Of a DNA stretch of 64,000 nucleotides, positions 19,081 through 27,600 are shown in pieces. The notes beneath the pieces were generated by a model. It made no database searches, was not told the DNA's origin, and was given only the letters and a program-made list of their open reading frames with translations. The first letter of the stretch is position 1. Every line of letters starts with the position of its first letter. Source of the DNA: an uncultured Planctomycetia bacterium (GTDB lineage: Bacteria > Omnitrophota > Gorgyraeia > 2-01-FULL-45-10 > JAHFGN01); NCBI GenBank assembly GCA_964354545.1, contig CAYHAE010000001.1, forward strand, positions 65,190 through 129,189. Reading direction: 5' to 3'. The position numbers and the translations under genes are program-made.

Positions 19081-21162
19081 ATGACCCCGATAGATTATTT
19101 TTATAAAGGGTTGCCATTAGCAGTAGGCACTTTCGCGTTGACACTAGGCGTTATTGCAATAAAGTATAGTGCAAAACGTTTATTGAGTCGTTTGTTAGCG
19201 CTTATTTGTCTTGGGGGAGTGTTATGGTTATATCCAGCCTTTATCATGTACATATTTCCAAAACAACCCTTGGTTGTGATATGGTCTTCGAAAGTCGTTT
19301 ATATTGGAGTAACGTTTATCGTAGTTTTCTATGCACATTTTACCTCTAAATTCTTGGGCTTAAAAAATAGGCTTTTTTTGATTATAGTCTATAGTCTCGG
19401 GATTATCTTTATTTTGATGTCAGTATTTACTAATAACATTATAGATGGATTCTACATATATTTTTGGGGAGCGTACCCCAAAGCCGGATCTCTATTTTCG
19501 TTCTATTGGTTTTATGCGCTTAGTTGTTTTGCCTATTGTTTGGTACGCCTTTATCAGGCTAGCTATGGTGTTCTTACTTCCACATATAGTAGTACTGAAC
19601 GGAATAGGATTAAGCATGTTTTTTGGGCGTATCTTCTGGGGAATTTCGGTGCATTTGATTTCATTCCAAGCTACGGTTTTGAATCTTATCCATTTGGTTG
19701 CTTCAATATCGCCATATTTATATCAGTTTTAGCATATGCGATTATCCGCCACCAGCTTCTTGACATCGAAGTCATCATCAAAAAGACCCTTGTCTTCGCA
19801 GGGCTCTTTGCCGCAGTGTACATAGTCTTCGCCTCGTTCGCGCTCATCGGGCAGGTCTTCTTTGAACGGTTCATTACTGCTAATAGGTGGATCTCGACGA
19901 TCCCGAGCGTCATCGTCGTCACCTTCATCTTCCGCCCCCTCGAGAAGCTCCTCATCACCGCGAGCGACAGGTTCCTCTTTCAGAAGAAGTACGACTACAA
20001 GGAGCTCCTCAGGACGTTCACGACAGAAGTCCTCACGGTGCTCGACACCGCGGAGCTCGCCTCGCTCACCGTAAAGAAGCTCTGCGACATCATAAAGCTC
20101 GCCTCGTGCGCGATGCTCCTCAAAGACGAGGCGCAGGGCGAATGTAAGGTCGTATCCTCGCAAGGACTTGCCACAGGGTCGATCGCGCTTGCGAAAGAGA
20201 GCGAGCTCTGCGAAGTATTAGAGAAGACTCATTCCTATGTCATGGCAGCGGGCGATACAGTAAGCCCTGCGCTGCAAGAGGAGATGCGCGTCTTGGGCGC
20301 AGAGCTCATCATACCGCTTATCCTCCACACTAAGCTCATCGGCGTCTTATCGCTTGGGAAAAAGAAATCAGACGAACCCTATACCCAGGACGACCTCGAC
20401 ATCCTTCTGCCTCTCTCGCGGCCCCTCGCCATTGCCATCTCGAACGCGAAACTCTTCGACGAGCTCTCGAAGACGCAGGCAGAGGCGGCGCAGAGGGAGA
20501 AGATGGCTGTCCTCGGCACCCTCGCCGCAGGCATGGCCCATGAGATAAGGAACCCCATCACCACAATCAAGATATTCTCAGAGTTCCTCAAAGAGAAGAA
20601 GGACGACCCCTCCTTCATCGAGAAGTTCGAGAGGCTTGTTCCTAAAGAGGTAGAGAAGATAAACCACATGATCACCCACCTCCTCGAGTTCTCAAGGCCC
20701 GCAGATTCCGCAGCAATGGAAGAAGTAGACCTCCATGAAGCCCTCAAGGACACGCTCGAGGTCCTCGGCCACGAGATGGTCTTACATGACATCGTCCTTA
20801 AAGAGGAGATAAGCGCTCTGCCTCCAGTATGGGGCAACCGGAAGCATCTCGAGGAGGTCCTCTTCAACCTCCTCCAGAACGCCATCCATGCCATAGGGAG
20901 GCGAGGTACCATCACCGTCACTGCGAAGGAGAGGGCAGGCTCAGTCGAGCTTGCCATCCGCGACACCGGCTGCGGCATCCCCCAAAACGTCCTCCCCCAC
21001 ATATTCGAGCCCTTCTTCACCACCAAGATAGACACAAAAGGAGTAGGCCTTGGGCTCTATGTAGTCAAACAGCTCATGGTGAGGATGGACGGCTCTGTAT
21101 CAGTCGAGAGTGAGGCAGGGAAGGGGACGACGTTCAGGCTGGTGTTTGTGACGGCCACATAA
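19081..21162 (+). CDS. Sensor histidine kinase HK3 (multi-TM sensor, GAF, HisKA, HATPase)
   Basis: As HK2; different N-terminal sensor. Confidence 0.93.
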   Translation: MTPIDYFYKGLPLAVGTFALTLGVIAIKYSAKRLLSRLLALICLGGVLWLYPAFIMYIFPKQPLVVIWSSKVVYIGVTFIVVFYAHFTSKFLGLKNRLFLIIVYSLGIIFILMSVFTNNIIDGFYIYFWGAYPKAGSLFSFYWFYALSCFAYCLVRLYQASYGVLTSTYSSTERNRIKHVFWAYLLGNFGAFDFIPSYGFESYPFGCFNIAIFISVLAYAIIRHQLLDIEVIIKKTLVFAGLFAAVYIVFASFALIGQVFFERFITANRWISTIPSVIVVTFIFRPLEKLLITASDRFLFQKKYDYKELLRTFTTEVLTVLDTAELASLTVKKLCDIIKLASCAMLLKDEAQGECKVVSSQGLATGSIALAKESELCEVLEKTHSYVMAAGDTVSPALQEEMRVLGAELIIPLILHTKLIGVLSLGKKKSDEPYTQDDLDILLPLSRPLAIAISNAKLFDELSKTQAEAAQREKMAVLGTLAAGMAHEIRNPITTIKIFSEFLKEKKDDPSFIEKFERLVPKEVEKINHMITHLLEFSRPADSAAMEEVDLHEALKDTLEVLGHEMVLHDIVLKEEISALPPVWGNRKHLEEVLFNLLQNAIHAIGRRGTITVTAKERAGSVELAIRDTGCGIPQNVLPHIFEPFFTTKIDTKGVGLGLYVVKQLMVRMDGSVSVESEAGKGTTFRLVFVTAT

Positions 21163-21239
21163 CCTCATTGACAGGAAGGCGTTCCCGCAATGACGGAGAT
21201 TTCATGTAAAGCAGCCATCTGCTCCAACGTAACGGGTAT

Positions 21240-21305
21240 TTGACAAGCGCATGATCATCGTGTATACTTGTTTCAGTAAGTAATCATAAACATAGACTAG
21301 CTGAA
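21240..21305 (+). promoter_or_regulatory. Promoter and probable AbiEi operator
   Basis: TTGACA-17-TATACT (21240-21268), then imperfect inverted repeat tttcagtaagt...actagctgaaa. Confidence 0.65.
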
Positions 21306-21914
21306 ATGAACTTCAAAGAACTCTATAAAGTTGTAGAGAAGAATAGATATTATGTATTTTCGTTCGAAGACCTGCTCTCTTTTTTCCCACACGAGAGAAG
21401 GGCGACGCTCAAGGAGTCGGTCTATAGATGGAAGATGAAAGGATGGATCTACCCTCTCAAAAAAGGGCTTTACGAGCTAACCTATCCCAAAGATTTCGAT
21501 ATCCCCGATATGTATATTGCCAATAGGCTATATGGCCCTTCTTACATCTCATTGGAAACAGCGCTTTCGAATTGCAGCATTATTCCGGAAGTATCGATGG
21601 CGGTCACTTCCATAACCACAAAACCGACGCGGAAGTTCAAGAATAAGCACGGGCTTTTCATCTATCATACTGTGAAGCCCGCCTCATTTACAGGATACTA
21701 TGTCGAGAGACAGGGTGCTTTTGATATTCTCATTGCCGAACCGGAAAAAGCGCTCATAGATTTTCTATATTTTAATGCATACCGCGACAAAAAGTTTGAC
21801 CTCAAAGACGAACGGCTGGACAGAGGAGTCGTTTCGCGGCTTAATAAGAAGAAACTGCATCGCTACGCCGCCCTCTATAACATCGATCTAAAAGGACTCC
21901 ATGCTTACCTATGA
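21306..21914 (+). CDS. abiEi: Type IV TA antitoxin, AbiEi family
   Basis: LKKGLY, PSYISLETALS..IIPE, AEPEKALIDFLY. Confidence 0.85.
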   Translation: MNFKELYKVVEKNRYYVFSFEDLLSFFPHERRATLKESVYRWKMKGWIYPLKKGLYELTYPKDFDIPDMYIANRLYGPSYISLETALSNCSIIPEVSMAVTSITTKPTRKFKNKHGLFIYHTVKPASFTGYYVERQGAFDILIAEPEKALIDFLYFNAYRDKKFDLKDERLDRGVVSRLNKKKLHRYAALYNIDLKGLHAYL

Positions 21915-22704
21915 TGCGTTGAAAGCGTACGCTCGATCGAGAGGGATGCCACCGACGAAGATGAGAGGTGTTTTACGGGAGTACCTCCAGGTTCTTATAT
22001 TGAAGGAGATGTATAAAACCGGAGCCGGGAAAAAACTCTATTTCACAGGAGGAACCTACCTGCGGCTTGCCCATAACCTTAAGAGGTTTTCCGAAGACCT
22101 CGATTTTAATACAGCCGGCATAAGGAAGAATGAGTTCGAGGATCTGATCGGCAGAATAAAAGTAGAATTGAAAAGGATAAATATGGAATCCCGGATGCGA
22201 TTTGACCACTGGGACAACATATACGCAGCCCGTCTCATTTTTCCAACCATCGAGGGGGCCTACGGCATAGTGTCGGGCTATTCAAAAAAAGAAGGGATAA
22301 TAATAAAAATCGAGACAAATCGTCCGCGATGGAGAATAAAAAAGGAGACTCATGTCGTATCGGGGTTTGGCGAATTTTACCCATGCATATGCACGGATAA
22401 GGGCGCATTATTTGCGGATAAAATAGATGCGCTCGGCAAAAAGGCGCGCGGCAGGCATGTGTACGATGTAATGTTTATGCTCGCGAATCGCGTTCCCGTC
22501 GACAGGCGTGTTTTGTCATCCTTTGGTATAGATGACGACCCTTTGGATGCGATCGAGAGGAGGATCATGAGTTTCTCGAAGCAGGAGTTGAAAAAGCAGG
22601 CAGAGACCCTGAGGCCTTTTTTGTTCGAGGAAAGCGAGGCGGACTTCGTTGTCAACGCACACACTATTATTCCATCGCTCCTGGAAAAATACAGGAGAAG
22701 ATGA
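21901..22704 (+). CDS. abiEii: Type IV TA toxin, AbiEii nucleotidyltransferase
   Basis: FTGGTYLRL..RFSEDLDF, ADKI.A..R.R..YD. Confidence 0.9.
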   Translation: MLTYDALKAYARSRGMPPTKMRGVLREYLQVLILKEMYKTGAGKKLYFTGGTYLRLAHNLKRFSEDLDFNTAGIRKNEFEDLIGRIKVELKRINMESRMRFDHWDNIYAARLIFPTIEGAYGIVSGYSKKEGIIIKIETNRPRWRIKKETHVVSGFGEFYPCICTDKGALFADKIDALGKKARGRHVYDVMFMLANRVPVDRRVLSSFGIDDDPLDAIERRIMSFSKQELKKQAETLRPFLFEESEADFVVNAHTIIPSLLEKYRRR

Positions 22705-22778
22705 CCGCATCATTGAGCTTCCGGCAACTTCCATCGTTCCAGTCTCAATCTTAATCTCAATCTTTCAAGCGATGCACC

Positions 22779-23168
22779 CTAACTGTGAAACAATCGCAGA
22801 ATGCGTGGGCGCGTGAGGTAAAACACTAAGAGGATGTGATAGAGGATAGAGGAAGCATTTTTTATACCCGTCGGTATATAGGTGAACACCTCGCCTGAGA
22901 AATGGAGAAGATTCATGAATATCAGTATCTTTGTAAGGACTATGTACCCGGAGAAGAAGACGAGCAGAGCCCTCGCCCAGTCCCTGTAATTGAGGAGGCC
23001 GACGCCGAGGATGGCAGACGTGACCGCTGATGCGAGGACAAAGGTGAAGACATTGAACGGCTTCGTCGACAGAGAGAGGACCGAATGGATGATGAGGCTC
23101 GCGAGCGTCGCAAGGCCGATGAATATCTCTATAAGCGCTATCGCCTTCACTGCGAGGCGGTCGTTCAT
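22779..23168 (-). CDS. Four-TM membrane protein
   Basis: Hydrophobic helices; overlaps the stop of the upstream receiver gene. Confidence 0.75.
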   Translation of the reverse strand: MNDRLAVKAIALIEIFIGLATLASLIIHSVLSLSTKPFNVFTFVLASAVTSAILGVGLLNYRDWARALLVFFSGYIVLTKILIFMNLLHFSGEVFTYIPTGIKNASSILYHILLVFYLTRPRILRLFHS

Positions 23169-23527
23169 CTCTCCTCCGTGAGTTTTTTGACCGCCTTTAC
23201 GATGTCGGCACGCTCGAAGGGTTTTACGATATAATCGGACGCGCCTGCGCTCACTGCCTCTTGTGCAGTCTCTACGCTTTTGTAGCCGCTCGTAACCAAG
23301 ATCTTAATATTCGGCCGTATCGTTTTCAGCTCCCGCATCGTCTCGATCCCATCCATCCGAGGCATCTTTATATCCATTATCACAATATCAACAGGCGCTT
23401 TCTTCATGATATCTATGGCTTCCTTGCCTCTTGTTGCAAATGAAAGCTCATACTCTTTTTCGAGGATCAATTTTAAAGATTCCCTGATGCCTTCTTCATC
23501 GTCGCAAATGAGGATTCGTTTCTTCAT
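23165..23527 (-). CDS. Single-domain response regulator
   Basis: CDDE, IMDIKMPRMDG, KPF. Confidence 0.93.
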   Translation of the reverse strand: MKKRILICDDEEGIRESLKLILEKEYELSFATRGKEAIDIMKKAPVDIVIMDIKMPRMDGIETMRELKTIRPNIKILVTSGYKSVETAQEAVSAGASDYIVKPFERADIVKAVKKLTEER

Positions 23528-23568
23528 GGAGCTCTCCTGGTTACAATTGCGATTAAGATTCCCACGCC

Positions 23569-24120
23569 CTACAGCATAGGCGGGCTTACGACGCAGATAA
23601 GACGCGCCTCAGACGTCCCTACATTTTTGAAATAGTGTGATACTGATGAGTCGAAGTAGAGCGTATCGCCTTTGTTTAAGGTATAATTCTTGGCACCAAT
23701 CACGACCTCGACTTTTCCGGTAACGACATACACGAACTTCTCCACACCCTTCTTGTTCTCTTCCGTATGGGTAACGCCCTTAGGTTCGAGTCTGACCATG
23801 ATCGGCATCATCTTTTTATCCAGGACCTTCGGCGTCAGCATCTCTGATATCGACTTGTTGTCGTGGACAAAAATGTCTGTCCTCTCGGATGCCGTCTGAA
23901 TAATGGGATTGCTTTGGGAAGGGGAGAGGTCCTGATAGAGCTCAGGGAGCGTAATACCAAGGGCAGCGCAGATCGCCGTGTGTGATTCCAGCGTACCCGT
24001 CATCTTATTGTTTTCTATACGGCTTAACGTCGCGAGCGCAACACCCGATTCCCTTGAGAGCTCAAGGAGGGTGAGCCCTTTTTGTTTGCGTAAGTTACGA
24101 ATTCGTTCTCCGATCTTCAT
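23569..24120 (-). CDS. XRE-family HTH + cupin transcriptional regulator
   Basis: IRNLRKQKGLTL.ELS..SGV...LSRIEN; C-terminal cupin GDTLYFDSSVSHYF. Confidence 0.92.
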   Translation of the reverse strand: MKIGERIRNLRKQKGLTLLELSRESGVALATLSRIENNKMTGTLESHTAICAALGITLPELYQDLSPSQSNPIIQTASERTDIFVHDNKSISEMLTPKVLDKKMMPIMVRLEPKGVTHTEENKKGVEKFVYVVTGKVEVVIGAKNYTLNKGDTLYFDSSVSHYFKNVGTSEARLICVVSPPML

Positions 24121-24135
24121 TGTCTACCCCTTGCT

Positions 24136-24234
24136 GTCATTGCGAGCGCCCCTGAGCGAAGCGAAAGGGGAGCGAAGCAATCCCGCTTTTAGAGGTTGCT
24201 TCGTCAGTTACTTGAGCAGCCTCCTCGCAATGAC
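24136..24234. repeat. REP-like palindromic element GTCATTGCGA...TCGCAATGAC
   Basis: Same family as 18907-19014. Confidence 0.85.
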
Positions 24235-24410
24235 AATCAAAACAAGTATAACTCAAGTTTCGTAATTTGTCAATAAAATTTGATTTTTATGGAAAATGTT
24301 TAAGGTGCCATAAAAAGCCAGGTTTGTCCAAAACAGGGTGATACCCTCGGAAACTTTTGCTATTTGAGGTAGTTAGGAATATAAAACTTGATAAATCTTC
24401 AAATTTATCC

Positions 24411-24439
24411 TTGACAAAAAGTGAAATATATGTTATGCT
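24411..24439 (+). promoter_or_regulatory. sigma70-type promoter of the giant gene
   Basis: TTGACA-17-TATGCT with extended -10 TG. Confidence 0.7.
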
Positions 24440-24445
24440 TTAGTC

Positions 24446-24650
24446 GGTAGTTGAAAAGAGCAGGGCTGACCATCGCGATGTGTGAGAACAGTGGATGCGC
24501 ACGATTTAAAGCCCCAGGCAGCGAGTGGTCCTGCGAAAAATAAAAGAGATGGTCAGCTCATTTCGCGGGACTCTCCTCTCTGGGGTTCTTTTTTTGTTTC
24601 GCGCCGCTTGGCCAGGCCGTCTCGCAAGAGCCGCCTGGCCGTTTTATTTT
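24446..24650 (+). promoter_or_regulatory. Structured 5' leader with two terminator-like hairpins (candidate attenuator/riboswitch)
   Basis: gctgaccatc/gatggtcagc long-range stem; T-run at ~24587-24595; ggccagg...gcaa...cctggcc hairpin followed by ttttatttt. Confidence 0.5.
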
Positions 24651-24677
24651 TGTAGTGAGCTGATCAATGAGGCTGCC

Positions 24678-27600
24678 ATGGACAGAATGAGGTTTTTCCC
24701 TTTGACCAAAATCATCTCGATAGCGCTCGTCTTTACCCTGCTTAATCAGCAGATACTTTTTGCCGCGGATTACTCCTACGGGATTCCGGTCGAAAACGAA
24801 AAGAACCGCTCAGGCTTTATGTCCGTGGATGAGCTGGATAAGGCCCAGCGTCGCCAAGAGGAGCTTATAGCGAGGCTCCAGGCATCTCTTGATAGTAAGC
24901 TCTCAGGAGGCGTGGGGGATGAAAGTGAGTGGACGCTCCAAAGGAAGAGCGGAACCTCATCCGAAGGGCAGGACTCTGCGGTCACGCCATCGGCACAAGA
25001 CCAGACAGTGCCTCTTGAGGTTTCTCAAGCGGAGATCACCGTGACGACCGCAGCAGGTGATCATATCGCATATTCCGGTGGTGCGATCGCGCGGATCGAG
25101 CAACCGAACGGCACTATCATCGAAGATGTCGTACTGACGCCTACAGGCGAACTTGAACGTGGGCTCATCCGATTCGTGGACGGCGGCGTGCTTACGATAG
25201 AGGGGGGACGGGCATGCTCGTATTTGGGTCCAGACGGTACCGCTACCCACTATCGTCAGGATGGGCTGGTCGATTCGGAAGTCACACCTGACGGCCTTGT
25301 ATCATATTACTCATACCTCTTTGATGACGCAGGGTCGATTGCGCGAACGACTATAACCAGGCCCGAGGAGATCATCGAGTACGACGAATCAGGTAGGCTC
25401 TCGAAGGTCACAAAGCTTGATGGCACGGAGATCGGGTATGAGAACGGCATAATCTCTCAGATGACGAAAGGAGACGGGTCGAAGTATGTCTTTGGCAGGA
25501 TATTGAACGGTCCTGATATAGAGGTAAAAATCGTTACCTATTTTAATAATTCAGGGTACCGGGTTGACTTCGACAGCGTATACAACGTGGTCTCGGTTAC
25601 ATCGCCCTCCGGTTCTTTCACGAAATACGGACATGATCGCACGCCGCTCTACACGCGAAAAGACAATGCGTTGATTGCATACGACAACACCGGCCAGATA
25701 GCATATGCGATCTGCGGCGTTACTGGCTTTGATGGCACATACCGGCAAGGCCAGGATGGATATATAGCGGTCCCGCTCGCGACCATTGACGAGCTTGCGC
25801 GCGCTATAGAAGATCTAGATAGTGCGGCACGGGCTCTCGCAGATGCCGAAGATGCATGCGCAAAACGGCAACTCGAGCTTACCGAAGCAATGCAGTTTTC
25901 AGCACAGACCTTCCAAGCATATCAGGAAGCGGACACTTCGGCCCAGCAGGCCGAGACTGCGCGGCGCGCAGCTGAAGCAGCTCTTATGAGTACACTCGTT
26001 GACGTAGAAACACAATTCGCGTACGGAGACGACGTTACGGAGATTGAGGACCAGAAGGTCGTGTTGAGAGAACAATTTGGGATCTTCAATACGACCCTTT
26101 GGTACAGGACAAGTTCGGCGTACGCACAATGTACTTCGGGCAGACTCTTCCTTTGCGGGACAGGCACCGACACGCGAGCCCATGTCCATTATCAAAAGAC
26201 ATTCGGCGAATACACATTTGCCCGGATGGGATTCGACTTCAAAGTCGATTCGCTCACCGGATCTTTTAAGGCAGGACTTCAATCCGCGTCTTCGAGTACC
26301 TCCTTCGGGAACTCGCTTCAGACAGCATGCATCGAGGTCCGCGAAGGCAAGATCTGTATTGACATTGTCCAGGGCCAGCTTGAGAACCAGCCGACGGCGG
26401 TACTGTTACCGAAGGTCAATACGGACTACTCATGCCTATTTGAGTTGAAGAACGGGTATTTAAATATCTATGTCTGGGAGAAGGAAGAAGTAAGGCCTGC
26501 GGAGGCGCTCTATTCATTTCGTACGCAAAACTGGCCCGGCCTGCGGCCCTTTTTTGAAGTCCGCTCGGGATGTGCATGGGTGGGCAATGTTATGTTGCAC
26601 GCGCCGCTTGATGATCGGATATATGATGTAAAATCGCAGCTCGCAGGACGAATGTCGTATCACGACGATTATGCCACAAGATATGAGTATAGACAGGCTG
26701 GCACATCAACGCTAACTGATCTCGATACATTCAATCGGTTGACCAGACTCTGGGAATCAGGCAGCAGTGTAACATCCGGTCGGGCAAATGTCAGTTTGAG
26801 CGGACTCCGAATGAGGTCGTATCTGCCGCGAACGATTGACCAGACCTATTCGTTCGATTTTGCTCTTGGTACAGTTTATTCAAATGCACGGGCAGGGCTC
26901 GAAGGGAAGGAGGCCACAGGAAACGGATATCTCAGGTTTGTCGTGCAATCAGGTAGATTGTCGGTTGTGACTGTGTGCAACGACCACGAAAAAACAGTGG
27001 CGGTTTCACCGGAGCAGTTTCTGCCTCTCCAGCAGTACACCGCTCAATTTGAGGTAAAGGCAGGCGCTATAGACGTCTACGTATGGAGAAAAGGGGATGA
27101 CCGGCCAGCTATTCCGCTATACAGCTTCACAGATCCTTCATGGAGCGCCCTGCGGTTCTACGCGAAAACAGACAGCGGTCGCTTTGTCATCGATGAATTC
27201 TCCCGTACACAAACATGCGGCGCAACCGGCCAGGAAGCGGATACTGTGGTTGCGCACCTGCGCGATATGTTCGACGCTGAGCGATCGGCGATCGTAAACC
27301 GCGAGGATGCTCGCGGTCGCTATGAGGCAGCTCTCACACAAGAGGGGCAGGCTAAAGATGCACTCACTATCGCGGAGAATGGGCACGCATCTGCGCTTAC
27401 GCAAGAAGAGCAGGCGCTGCATGCTCTGGAAGGTATTAACGGCGCCTTGAATGTGCCAAGGGTTATCCCCGATCAGCCTCTTTTCTACGAGACCTGCGAT
27501 CGCGTGATCCAAGACATGCCGGCAGTTGTGCTATATATAAATGAGAATTTCGCGTCCGAGGCCGGGATTTCCTACGTCACATATTGGCAGAATGGTCTCC

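Noticed and set aside
18122-21035. Twin 218-aa minus-strand ORFs and twin 94-aa plus-strand ORFs
   Set aside because: Shadows of the duplicated kinase domains.
18168-21162. Diversity-generating retroelement TR/VR pair
   Set aside because: Mismatches are mostly synonymous and not adenine-specific, both copies are coding, and there is no reverse transcriptase.
24525-24677. GTG 24525 as start of the giant gene
   Set aside because: The extension crosses terminator-like hairpins; ATG 24678 has an RBS and begins a proper signal peptide.
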